NCBI GenBank assembly: GCA_963833425.1 | Contig: CAWHXP010000003.1 | Location: forward strand, 64,001 to 128,000 | Origin: an uncultured Methanosarcinaceae archaeon | GTDB taxonomy: Archaea > Halobacteriota > Methanosarcinia > Methanosarcinales > Methanosarcinaceae | Reading direction: 5' to 3' | Length of the DNA: 64,000 nucleotides | Shown: piece after piece, positions 1-10,346 of the stretch | Layout of the letters: every line of letters begins with the position of its first letter | Position numbering within the stretch: position 1 is the stretch's first letter | Position numbers and translations under genes: made by a program | Notes under the pieces: model-generated | The model's database searches: none | Seen by the model: the letters and a program-made list of their open reading frames with translations, nothing else | Told to the model about the DNA's origin: nothing

Positions 1-622
1 ATGGGTGACATTGCTTATTATCGCAGTTTTTGCTGGAGTTGTTCTTGTTATTAGGCACCATTATGACTATGCTTCAGGACTTATTAAAGAGTTGAATGCC
101 GCAATCATCAATTATACCGAATTTGCGGATATAATTAAAAATGATGCACCTTATAGAGTTGACATGCAAGATAAAACTGCTGTACTACTTGTAAACGGTT
201 TTAATGGTTTGGGGATCCATACACTGTATAATATATTCAAATTATTTGGTGGAATATACAAAAATTTTGTATTTGTACAAATTGGAGTAATCGATGCTGG
301 AGTGTTTAAAGGAGTAGAAGAAATTAAAGGACTTCAGGCTGAGGTAAATAAGGATATAAATAAATATGTCGGATTAATTTCATCATATGGCTATTATGCC
401 GAAAGTTTTACCTCAATAGGTACTGATGTTGTTGATGAAATTACAAAGCTGGCACCAGAAATCTTAAAGAAGTTTCCTAATTCGGTATTCTTTGGTGGAC
501 AGATTGTCTTCCCTAATGAATCGTTACTCTCTAGATGGCTCCATAATTATACTGTCTTCTCATCACAGAGAAAACTATATGCTGAAGGCATTCCTTTTGT
601 AGTTTTGCCAATCAAGGTGTAA
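1..622 (+). CDS. C-terminal part of APC-family amino acid permease / KimA-like transporter (runs off the window start)
   Basis: Last TM helix followed by a cytosolic domain (GFNGLGIHT...FFGGQIVFP...WLHNYT...GIPFVVLPIKV) resembling APC permease C-termini. Confidence 0.65.
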   Translation, partial: WVTLLIIAVFAGVVLVIRHHYDYASGLIKELNAAIINYTEFADIIKNDAPYRVDMQDKTAVLLVNGFNGLGIHTLYNIFKLFGGIYKNFVFVQIGVIDAGVFKGVEEIKGLQAEVNKDINKYVGLISSYGYYAESFTSIGTDVVDEITKLAPEILKKFPNSVFFGGQIVFPNESLLSRWLHNYTVFSSQRKLYAEGIPFVVLPIKV

Positions 623-958
623 AAATGATCTTTGAAGACTGAAATTAAAGTCTTGAGGATCAAAATCAGATACAATAAAAATTTTATTTTCAAATTAGAA
701 CTTAGACATCAGAAGGTTTAAATGCCATTGATTTCTCGATTTGGCTATATAAGTCCTAAAATTTAGTTGTCATATGGGTGATTTTGTTAAAATAGGAATT
801 GTTCTATATAAATCAAAAAAATGTACTTGATAATGAAAAAGGGAAAATATTAAATGGATTTCTAAGACTAACATATAAACTATGAAAGCAATAAAAATAT
901 TATGAAATATTTTCGGTCACGCGAGTTATTTATTTATCAATTCTGAAAAAAAATAATA

Positions 959-1300
959 TTATCCAAAAGTATTTTGAGTAAAATACAAAGAGTTTCTGAC
1001 ACTCACTGTCTTTAGTAACTTGTGGACACGACATAAAAGGTAAGATTGGAAAAATAAATATATTTTTGAAGAGAACTTGAAAATAGGGTCACTGAAATTT
1101 TTTTCTGTAACGGTCGTCAGGATGGTTGAGACTTTGAATTCCTTGCCCGCACTGACAACTAGTTCAGCATTGTTACGGAGATATACGACATCAATAGACT
1201 TGGTATCGAAGGCCGCCTGCGACTGATAATCGATCATAATCAACGTATGGTTGGTCGGATTCAAAAGCGTTTTTCTTGGGGTTGGATTTGCTTTGAACAT
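959..1300 (-). pseudogene. Isochorismatase-family (YcaC-like) hydrolase, N-terminal fragment
   Basis: LLNPTNHTLIMIDYQ...LRNNA...TILTTV..FSDPIF; similarity is lost after ~75 aa. Confidence 0.7.
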
Positions 1301-1705
1301 AGTTTAGACTTTCTGTTTAGGTAAGATCATATCTCTAGTTTCGTTTATGTTGCCTGAATAATAAAGTCAAAAGGACATAGATACTATTTCGAACTTTGCA
1401 AGTATAATTTTTCTGATGGGCTTTCTCTAAAAGTAAGTCATTTTATGACTTCAAAATGATAAAGAATGTTGTTTTATTATTAATTCTCATTTATATATAT
1501 CTATTATTTTTTTTAAAACTTAGTCAAATGAATTAAATTCCCTTAACTTTTGAAATATGTTTACTCATAGTTCTAGTGAATCGAAAATTATGGGAAGGAT
1601 ACGTTGAGAATATGGATAGATTTTATGCGAAATCTCTGCATCAGTGAAACAATAAACACTGTTTTTGTGGTGGAGACAAAGAACACAGAACTACTTAGAA
1701 TTTAC

Positions 1706-2353
1706 GGTTCCGTTGCAAAAAATTCAAAAAAAAGATGTAACTCTATAAGTAATAAACAAAAATCAAAAATATCCGAGGAAAATGTATCAATATTATAAAA
1801 CTAAACCAAACAATTGATTAATGTATTTGACTTCATTAAGAACAGAGTATTTTAGATTCTTGATTTGTCCTTTATTGATCATATTCATGGCTTCAATTCC
1901 TTTTAAAGTCTTATTAGCAGATCGAAAAGACTGAAATCCTAACATTGGATTAACGATTCGTTTGATAGATCTATGATCTTGTTCTATAATGTTATTCAAA
2001 TACTTGATTTGCCTAATGCCTACGTTTTTAGGTAATATTTATCTTTTTTCAGTTCATCTATAGAAAGTGGATAAGCTGGATTCTTATCAACGGTTATTAA
2101 TCTTGGAATTTGATTATGATTAGAACTCAATACTTTCTTAAAGAATCTCTTCGCTGCTTTTCGATTTCGTTTTGCACTTAACATGAAATCAATTGTATCT
2201 CCATCTTAATCAACTGCTCGGTAAAAATATTTCCATTTACCTTTTACTCTGATATAGGTTTCATCAACTCTCCACGAATCGTTTGTTGGTCTTAAATGTC
2301 TTCTTACCTTTTTTTCTATTTCAGGAGAATATTAATGCACCCATCTCATTATA
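1706..2353 (-). mobile_element. IS6-family element, degenerate and 5'-truncated
   Basis: TIR GGTTCCGTTGCAAA at 1706. Minus strand reads SWRVDETYIRVKGKWKYFYRAVD...ITVDKNPAY...NNIIEQDHRSIKR with internal stops and a frameshift. Confidence 0.9.
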
Positions 2354-2354
2354 G

Positions 2355-2473
2355 GGTTCTGTTGCAAAAATAATATTTTCACAGAATTCTTGTCTTTTTG
2401 TACTGTTTCCCGGTGATGAGAATGATTAAAATTCTTAATTGTAGAGGTTTTACACTGATTTTGCAACAAATAC
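2355..2473. mobile_element. IS6-derived MITE (~120 bp)
   Basis: Starts GGTTCTGTTGCAAAA and ends TTTTGCAACAAATAC (imperfect inverted copy); no ORF. Confidence 0.65.
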
Positions 2474-3012
2474 AGATTTTTTGCACCACAAACAGACCTC
2501 AACCTGTGCTCACTCTGATCTTATGGGCAATCTCACAATGCAGTACTGTGACCTCTGGTCCAATGAATCAGTAGAATACCACGGTGAATTTGGTGGTACA
2601 ACTGTTCAGTGCTGGTCTGAAACCCTGGCATACGACTGCGCTCTCATGAACTTTGCTCTTGACTCAGGTAATGAAAAAATCCTGAGAGACATGTTTGCAG
2701 CTTCGGACATGTATAGAGATGCGCAGGGTTATGTGCTTGCATATCCTAATACATACAGAGTGGGACAGGCAATTGCAAAGGATGGAAACGATACTTATCT
2801 CCGTGCCAAGAATGCGGCTCTGGAAAGCATCAAAATAGTCGAAGAAGGAGCAAAAGGCAAACTTGAGCTCTCCAGGTTCGAAGCAAATGCTCTTAAAGAT
2901 GTAAAAGCAGCTTTCGGAACCCTTACAGACGCAGAGATCAATTCGTGAGCGACTGCCTCACAAAATATAAGAGTGAAGTTGCGATCTTCCTGCCTGAGAA
3001 TTAGTGCTTCTA
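2474..3012 (+). pseudogene. mtaB: Methanol:corrinoid methyltransferase MtaB, C-terminal fragment
   Basis: CAHSDLMGNL...DLWSNESVEYHGEFGGTTVQCWSETLAYDCALMN. The N-terminal part is missing, with a frameshift near 2935 and a premature TAG after ...LPEN. Confidence 0.9.
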
Positions 3013-3149
3013 ATCGGGGCTGGTTCTTCTATTATCTTTTTTAAATAGTCTTGGTTAAAGCCCTTGTTACAAAACCTATATCAGTACTTTTTCATTGAAC
3101 TGAAAAAGTAAAAACATTTCAGAGAAAAAAGAAAAAACAGGTTTCACAG

Positions 3150-3680
3150 TCACTCTTTTCTTACCAGGCGATTCTCTCGTCTTCGCAACTGAGGCTCTTG
3201 ATGCTATCGGATCGCTCAAGTTATTTACCCTACTGTTTACCCTGTTTTTTGCAGCTATTGCAGGAGATACTGCCAAGTATCATGTCGGTCAGTTATTAAG
3301 AAATAATGTAGCGAGCAGCGATAACTCCGGTTTATTTAACAGGAGCATCTTGATCTTACACACATATTCTTTGAAAAACATGAGGCGAAAACAACAATAA
3401 TAACCTTCTTTGTTCCTATTATCCGCAGCTTTGCGCCTTTTGTTGCAGTTGTTGGAATAATGTCCTGTTCAAATTTCATTAGCTATAATGTCATTGGTGG
3501 AATCTAATAGGTATGAGCATTCCTTTTAGAAGGATACTTTTTTCGGAAACCTGCCGAATGTAAAGGATAACTTCAGCTTTAAGATACTTGGAATGATTTT
3601 TGATTCATTACTTCCAGGCTTTATTACGTATATTCAAAGCAGAAATGATTAAAAAAGGACTGCAGTCAAGTAAATACAGC
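3150..3680 (+). pseudogene. DedA/VTT-family membrane protein, decayed
   Basis: Fragments FLPGDSLVF, AAIAGDTAKYHVG, IRSFAPFVA, FISYNVIGG, broken by stops and frameshifts. Confidence 0.75.
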
Positions 3681-4285
3681 ACAAAATCAAATCAGAAATT
3701 AGAATTGACAGCTAGGTATAAATCAGGCTCAAGAATAGTTAGAAAAAATGGGGCATGCTCGTTTTTCAGAATTATCAAAGAACTCACAGATGCGACTGAA
3801 TTTCCTTTTCAGTGTTTTTCTTCCTGCTTGAAAGATTCTCTATTTTTTGCAATATGTGTTCTCTTTATGTTCGCGCTCGTGGTCATTTTCAGGTTTAGGT
3901 ACCTTAATGCCCCTCTTCTCAAAAACTCCCTGTACCGAGCTATTTACTGCTTCTTTAAGGGCTTCTTTCTTAACATTTGAAACTGCTGAGAGGATTTTTA
4001 ATGCAGGAACCGATCCTTACTTTGTTTTAATTATATCTTCTGGGGCTCTTCGTAATATATTGTAACGCTTTGTTTTACGGTTTCTGACCCTATATCTACG
4101 AAAAGGTTAATATGCCTGCAAATTCGGGATTTAATTTTAATACCTTTGCTTTTAAGTGGTCATCAATTAGGTTATTAATTCTCTTGCAGCTACATTGCTC
4201 AGATTTTCATTTTCAACTGCAAATTCTACATAATAGTGTATCAAAATAAAGAAACTATTTTACAGACAGATTTCTAATTATAACC

Positions 4286-4530
4286 ATGTCTCAACAGGAT
4301 ATTCGTAACCTAGCTTACTGGAACAATCGACTAAAAATTGCAGAAAACGAAATGTTACCAGAAAATTTCAAAATTCTCAGAAAGCATATCAAAAGGTTGC
4401 AGGATGAAGAAAGAAAACCAACGATGATAATTAATAATCTGGCTATACTTATACGCTTCTCTAAGTGATTGGAAAAGAAATTTAAGAACTTTATCAAGGA
4501 TGACTTTACCGACTACTTGGACACTACGGT
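4286..4530 (+). pseudogene. Possible N-terminal fragment of a site-specific integrase
   Basis: MSQQDIRN...LIRFSK*LEKKFKNFIKDDFTDYLD resembles N-termini of archaeal tyrosine integrases; no catalytic domain is present. Confidence 0.4.
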
Positions 4531-4554
4531 GACCCTGAAAAATTCTTATCAAAT

Positions 4555-4878
4555 AACTTAATCTGGTTGGGAGACGAAGAAGCTTTGAAAAAACTCGGGC
4601 AGGGATGGTATGCAGATGAAACCTTTGCCCTTGTATACTTCTGCATTTTGAGTTATCCAAAAGACTATAAAAAAGCAGTGCAAACATCCGTGTATATCAC
4701 AGGAGATTCTGATTCAGTAGGAAGCATTGCAGAAGGAATTCTTGGAGCAAAGCTGGGTATTGAAGAAGTTCCTGCTTCCTGGACTGAGGCTCTTAAGGAA
4801 AAAGAAAAACTCGAGGAAATGGTCAGACCTTTACTTGAAAAATACTTTAAGATTTCAGATAATAAAATGAGGTCTTGA
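4555..4878 (+). pseudogene. ADP-ribosylglycohydrolase family, C-terminal fragment
   Basis: LGQGWYADE...GDSDSVGSIAEGILGAKLGIEEVPASW; N-terminal part absent. Confidence 0.85.
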
Positions 4879-4879
4879 A

Positions 4880-5318
4880 ATGGATTTTTCCGAAAAAGGG
4901 GTTTACTGTCTTATATTTGAAAACCAGGATTGTAAATTTGAAGTAGGGAAAAAAAGGTGAGTTCTCATTCGCTTCAGGCTTTCATATATACGTTGGTTCA
5001 GCCCTTGGGTCGGGAGGTCTGAAAAGAGTAAAAAGGCACATTAACTTTTTTGGGAACAAAGACAGAAATCCCAGATGGCATGTAAATTATCTCCACCTAA
5101 ATCCTTCTTTTAAGCTGATCTCGACAGTTTATGCCATTACCTCTACAAGACTTGAATGCGCACTTGCCAACAGGATAAAATGGGAATAAGTTTTCGGTTT
5201 TGGTTGTACGGATTGTACCTGCAATTCTCACCTTTTTTACAGTAGAAAAAGCCCTATTGGTGAGATCACTGAAATTTTTAAAAATCTTGGGCTTTCGCCT
5301 ATTTTGATTGAACTATGA
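4880..5318 (+). pseudogene. DUF123 / Uri (GIY-YIG-like) endonuclease, disrupted
   Basis: KGVYCLI...YVGSALGSGGLKRVKRH...PRWHVNYL...LEC...GFGCTDCTCNSHLF, with a frameshift in the A-run near 4950 and an internal TAA. Confidence 0.8.
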
Positions 5319-5419
5319 AACTTCTGTTTCTTTTCTTTGACATCTACAGGAAAGCTTAAGGTAAAACAGGGTTTATTCTTAGTTATCAGAAATAAGGCTT
5401 TTTGATCAGAGGATATCGA

Positions 5420-6985
5420 ATGGAACATTTTTCTTTTATTGCCTGCATGCCTGACAGACCAGGAACATTGCACAGGGCAGCCGAGATAATAAGCCGGTAC
5501 GAAGGAAATATTAATAGAATTCAATATGACCGCAGGATCGACAGACACACTGTTTTTTTTGAAGTGACTGCCGTTCCACAGGTTTATGGCAAAATCCGTG
5601 AGGAACTGGAAAAAATAGATTATCTCCAGACTTCCCTCCAGCTTGTAGCTTTTCTAAAATTCTATGTATATCTCCCGAACTGTTCTGGCGCCTTATTCGA
5701 TTTCCTTAATCATATTACTTCATCGGGGGCAAATATCACTTTTCTTGATTTTGATGACCGGGGACAGCATCCTGAAAGACTTGTTGTAGGTCTTAATATC
5801 GATAATACCAGCCTAATAGATTCCCTTCTAAACCAGCTCAAATCACGGTATAGGCTAGAGATTATCGAGTACGACACAACCGGTGAGAGACTTGATGACA
5901 CGGTATTTTATCTCAGGCTGGCTCAAAAACTTAGATCTTTTATTGGAAGTGCTGAAGACGAATTTCTGATGAGGTTTTTGCACGATATTAACCATATTGC
6001 ACAGGAACTTTCAAACCTTCAGAAAGATCCTGTTGAGGTCTTTGAAAACATCCTGAAAATAGGGGACCGCCTGAACCGGACTTCGGGAGAAAACTTTTAT
6101 GCTGATGTGCAGCGAATACTAATTAAAAATGACGTCGAACTATTTTGTTTTCAGCTCCCATGCGGGGGAAATATCTACCTTTTCGATACCCCTTCCGAAA
6201 GAATCATGATTGATACAGGTTATGGCGTCTATTACCAGGATGTTGTGACTATGCTCCAGCACTACAGGCTTGGGGATCTAAGCCGGCTCAAAAGGATTTA
6301 CATTACCCATGCTGATGCAGATCACTGTGGAGCCGCAGGCTTTTTTTCTGCTCCTTCTTATCTTAATCATGAAACTCTTTTGATTACACAGAAAACAAGC
6401 AGAGCATACGGATCCTGCAATCAGGGATGTATTCTTGAAGAGGTCTATACGAAAATAATCAATCTTTTTTCCAAGTTTACTCCGCCTTCGAATGTAGTGC
6501 TTTTTCCTGAAATCTCAGCATCTAATGAAAACATTGAAAAACGAGGGGCTTTCTCTATAATTGCTCGGTTTCACATAGGAGATTTGAACTTTGAGGCTCT
6601 TGCAGGATTAGGAGGGCATATGCATGGGGAAGTTTTCTATCTTTGCCCTGAAGAGGGGTTGATTTTCCCTGAGGATGCTGTCATCAATTTTAAAAGTTTG
6701 AGCTCTGATAGGACGGAATATAACTTGCTCGCTGATTACCTTATGACCTCTGTAAATGTTGACAGTAAGCTTGCTCGGGAAGAGCGAAACGCCCTTCATT
6801 CCCTGATCTCCGAAATCGATGAAAGGCTCACAGTAAAGGGTAAAAAATGCTTGATCTGCTGTGGGCATGGCTCGGTATCCGTACTTGAAGATGGAAAACT
6901 CATCGAATATACAGAGCCAGAGAGATACACTGAAAAGCAAAGAAACATTTCTATCTCTCAAGAAGATTTTTGCGAAGAGAACTGA
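5420..6985 (+). CDS. ACT-domain-containing MBL-fold metallo-hydrolase
   Basis: Two ACT-like N-terminal repeats (MPDRPGTLHRAA; LPNCSGAL), then IDTG, THADADHCG, GGHMHG and CGHG motifs. Confidence 0.85.
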   Translation: MEHFSFIACMPDRPGTLHRAAEIISRYEGNINRIQYDRRIDRHTVFFEVTAVPQVYGKIREELEKIDYLQTSLQLVAFLKFYVYLPNCSGALFDFLNHITSSGANITFLDFDDRGQHPERLVVGLNIDNTSLIDSLLNQLKSRYRLEIIEYDTTGERLDDTVFYLRLAQKLRSFIGSAEDEFLMRFLHDINHIAQELSNLQKDPVEVFENILKIGDRLNRTSGENFYADVQRILIKNDVELFCFQLPCGGNIYLFDTPSERIMIDTGYGVYYQDVVTMLQHYRLGDLSRLKRIYITHADADHCGAAGFFSAPSYLNHETLLITQKTSRAYGSCNQGCILEEVYTKIINLFSKFTPPSNVVLFPEISASNENIEKRGAFSIIARFHIGDLNFEALAGLGGHMHGEVFYLCPEEGLIFPEDAVINFKSLSSDRTEYNLLADYLMTSVNVDSKLAREERNALHSLISEIDERLTVKGKKCLICCGHGSVSVLEDGKLIEYTEPERYTEKQRNISISQEDFCEEN

Positions 6986-6986
6986 G

Positions 6987-7270
6987 GTGGACTACTCCTC
7001 CCTGCCTTCTGATGAAGGCTAGGAAGGAGCTTCATGGTTCATCCCTTAAACTTTTGTTTATAAATCCCCAATCTCTTCCCCATGTTCCATAGGTATCATA
7101 GAACTATTAGATTTTGATCTTGAAGAGATAATTTATTGATATTGATTGCTGTGTTTATATCTCCATCATGCTTTGTCTTGTAATCGGTACATATCCATTC
7201 CCTATCTTTCAAGGTTAGATTCGAATTATGGAATCTGCAAACATTACAGAGTTTAAAAGATGGTTTAAGC
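6987..7270 (-). mobile_element. tnpB: IS200/IS605-family remnant: tnpB 3' end plus right end
   Basis: Minus strand PSFKLCNVCRFHNSNLTLKDREWICTDYKTKHDGDINTAINI (Zn ribbon and degenerate RuvC-III), then a subterminal hairpin and the terminus GAGTAGTCCAC. Confidence 0.85.
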
Positions 7271-7990
7271 TGTCCTATTTGGGGAATAACTTCCTACTCC
7301 TGAGGATTCGATTGAATTTTCAGTTTCTTGAGATACAGAAAGTTCACGTTTTTTTACTGCTATGGTTTCTGGAGTTTTTGCTGGTATTTCTTCTATATCT
7401 GGAAGCGCTATTCTCATGAAATTTTCGAACTTTCCCCCCATATCCTTTCCTGAAAGCAGAACTACTCTGGCTTTTGGATCTAGCTGCTGTACTGATGCTT
7501 CAAGAACGGAAATCCTGATAGGTTCTATCAGATCAACTCTATTTATTACCAAGATTTCAGTATCTACAATCTGCTCATAGCAAATCTTTTTACATATTTC
7601 ATAAGATTTTTGAATTTACTACCGTCAATTAAGGTAATCAGAGGAGTAATTTTTATCTGTTCGCCAAGATTCATAAGCTTTATTTCATCCCTTATCACAC
7701 GAGGAAAAGCAATACTTGCGGATTCGATCATGAGAGTATCATGCTTGTACTCTTTTGCGAGCAGAGTAACTGTTGTCCACAACCCTACTTTAAGGAAGCA
7801 ACAAATGCAACCGCTTGTAATCTCTTTTGTATCGAACCCGAATCTTTTGATTGCATCTCCATCGATTCCGACTTCGTCTCTCTCATTTACAATAATTGCA
7901 ACTTTTTTCCCTTTTCTGCCAGGTATTTTCTCATATTGATTATAGTTGTGGTTTTCCCACTTCCTAGGAAACCACCCATCACAAGAACCT
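7270..7990 (-). pseudogene. CobW/COG0523-like P-loop GTPase (metallochaperone), frameshifted and truncated
   Basis: GGFLGSGKTT Walker A, KVAIIVNE, GCICC, LIDGS, INRVD spread over several frames; bounded by IS remnants on both sides. Confidence 0.85.
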
Positions 7991-8025
7991 GTAAGATCTC
8001 GCCCCTTCCAGTGCTCCTTAGATTG

Positions 8026-8467
8026 TTGGCTTTGCAACTTTCCCCATATTTTCTTTGAAATTCTCGATAATTCTCTCCCTAAATAGCCATACAGTAGTAC
8101 TGTCAGGTATGTATTCAGGAAATCCAAGGGATTTTCTAAAAGAAATTCGATCTATACAATGTTTCTCAAGTTCAAAATCAGAGAGCACATGCCATTGTTA
8201 TAAAACAAGCATTTTGAACATCACAATGACATCAGTTTCAGGTCTCCCTCCTGAAACGGTTTTGTTAATATACATAGACTCAAGAATAATCGAAAAGTTT
8301 TCCAATCAATTAAGGAAGCAATTTCAGCAAGCTTATCTCCAACAGATTCAAGAAGTTTATACTCTTATTTAAGAGCAAAATCAGTAAGAGTTTTCATGAA
8401 TATACATAAATATTGACAAGTTTAAAGCCAACCATGCTCAAGAGCATGGAGGTTATCGAAATTTTCC
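8026..8467 (-). mobile_element. IS5-family element, partial copy 1 (left end plus 5' part of transposase)
   Basis: Reverse complement of the 34968 and 48830 copies; MKTLTDFALK...GGRPETDVIVMFKMLVL; subterminal palindrome CCATGCTCAAGAGCATGG. Confidence 0.9.
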
Positions 8468-8576
8468 ATAATTAAAATAATCTTTATTCCAGCAACAAAA
8501 CCATCAATTTTTCCGTCTGATTATTGTTTTTCTACACCTTTATGTCCTCAAGAACGATAGATGTATTGGACAGTTG

Positions 8577-8903
8577 TCATTTGGTCCTATTGCCCATCAT
8601 TCCTGTCCTATGGCTCATCATTCCTGTCCTATGACTCATCATCCCTGTCCTATGACTCATCATTCCTGTCCTATTACCTCTCATTCCTGTCCTATTACCA
8701 CTCATTCCTGTCTTATTACCCATAGCAACTGGAGCTACTGTATTATTTGTAGTTACTGTATTATTTGGAGCTACTGCATCATTTGGAGTTGCTGTATGAT
8801 TTGGTGTTACTGCATTATTTGGAGCTTCACCTTTATTACCTGCGCATCCTATTGCAAGAAAGACACCGAACAATACTAGCAAAATAAGAAATTCTTTTCT
8901 CAT
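8577..8903 (-). CDS. Small lipoprotein with 6-aa (NNTVTP-like) and 7-aa (MMSHRTG-like) tandem repeats
   Basis: GGAGG SD, signal peptide with lipobox LAIGC, and 18-bp and 21-bp tandem DNA repeats. Confidence 0.75.
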   Translation of the reverse strand: MRKEFLILLVLFGVFLAIGCAGNKGEAPNNAVTPNHTATPNDAVAPNNTVTTNNTVAPVAMGNKTGMSGNRTGMRGNRTGMMSHRTGMMSHRTGMMSHRTGMMGNRTK

Positions 8904-9769
8904 TATTTCCCTCCACATTATTCAAGTTTCTTTATTTATTGTCAACGTAGTAAATATTTACACATATAAACAGCCATAATAGCAGGTTACGTCTTGAAAC
9001 GTGCAGTTAACCCTTGGCTCTAAACGCGAAAGAATGTACTGGCTTAACCTGATCGCGTTTTTTGAGGTTTAAGGCCGCATATTAGAATTCATACACAGCC
9101 TACGTTTCTTACATTTAAAGCGCCTTAAGTTAGTTAAGTATATTTATTTACGTTCGAAACTATTATGCATTAACTTTTAAAGTTCTCTTGGAGAAACTAA
9201 AAATGATGCATAATCTTATGTATATTTTATTAAAAACGGTTTGTATTCTCACCGTAATCTCTCCATTACGATTTTCTGCACAATTATTCAGCACTCACAA
9301 ACTTAAGAGTATAGAGAAACGCGTAAGATTTGATTTTAGGCAAATTTGCTCTTATATAATCGCCTCTGTGCCGATTTAAGCCATTTTTTTGATTAGAGGG
9401 TAGTAACCCATGAGATTTACTAACTTTGTTCATTAAATAAATTATATTAGACCTTATAATTTAAATTTACATCACGACATTTAACGGTTTAATACTGTAG
9501 TTACTCGGTTCAAATATATAAGTCCTAAGCCAGTCCTATCCCAATTATGGGATTAAGTTTATTTTAGGACACTCATTAGGCGAGACTGCCAGCATGCAAC
9601 CTTTTCTATGATGAGTGGACCGACAGTTCTGCAAATTCTGATTGGCTCTGTAACCTTTATCTCCACCACAAAAAAAAACAGTGTTTACTGTTTTATTGAT
9701 ACATAGATTTTACTATATAAACCTATACAACAAAGAAGAAAAAATGATTTTTAGCGTTTTTATGTAATT

Positions 9770-9875
9770 GGAACTTTTTTCCTATTCCTTGATAAATTGG
9801 GAATGTTTTTTTATAATCTCCCATTTGATGGTAGAATTCAGCCAGAGTGCTTACATTTTTTGCAACATCTGAGGT
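9770..9875 (-). pseudogene. TPR repeat fragment
   Basis: DVAKNVSTLAEFYHQMGDYKKTFPIYQ, a kinesin-light-chain-like TPR. Confidence 0.5.
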
Positions 9876-10021
9876 TTCGATTCCAGTTCTGCTTCAAAAA
9901 TTTGCATTATTTCTTCATACTCTTCACATACCTTCTAACCATATACCAATCTCTTGTATAGGTTTCAGCTATTATTTTTCTTACCTCATTTTCATCTATT
10001 CTGCAGTTTTCCTTATTGAAT

Positions 10022-10240
10022 TTAGGTGGTATTTAATGCCTTAATGTAAAGTTTTATGAACGTGTCTGCATCCTCAAAATCATCCAAATTTTGTACAAAA
10101 GTAAGTATATCGTTTGCTGTTTTTTGTTCAAATGTTTTTTTCGTTGCTTTTGTTACTTTTTCCATTGTACAAGTAGGATCCGCTTTCCAGATTATCTGCT
10201 CTTCATTTCTTGACTTTGATACATCATCATACTTTTCCAT
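10022..10240 (-). CDS. Hypothetical protein (72 aa; may continue in another frame to ~9850)
   Basis: ATG preceded by a purine-rich AAGGGGAG SD; lies downstream of the left arm of the long inverted repeat. Confidence 0.5.
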   Translation of the reverse strand: MEKYDDVSKSRNEEQIIWKADPTCTMEKVTKATKKTFEQKTANDILTFVQNLDDFEDADTFIKLYIKALNTT

Positions 10241-10346
10241 TTCTCTTTCTCCCCTTTATTTTCTTGGGGCACTTTTTCCCATCTATAATTCCCTTTTATA
10301 GTTTTCATTTTAAGCCTAATAAGGCGGTTGAAAAACTAAAAAAATT

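Noticed and set aside
7564..8127. 187-aa ORF as a real gene
   Set aside because: Chimera of an off-frame IS5 fragment and the CobW-like pseudogene.
8574..8879. Cys/His-rich plus-strand ORF (HHSCP repeats)
   Set aside because: Antisense shadow of the lipoprotein, which has an SD, signal peptide and lipobox.
9605..9645. Possible C/D-box sRNA (ATGATGA...CTGA)
   Set aside because: Only ~23 nt between the boxes, no clear C'/D' pair, and no recognisable rRNA/tRNA guide.
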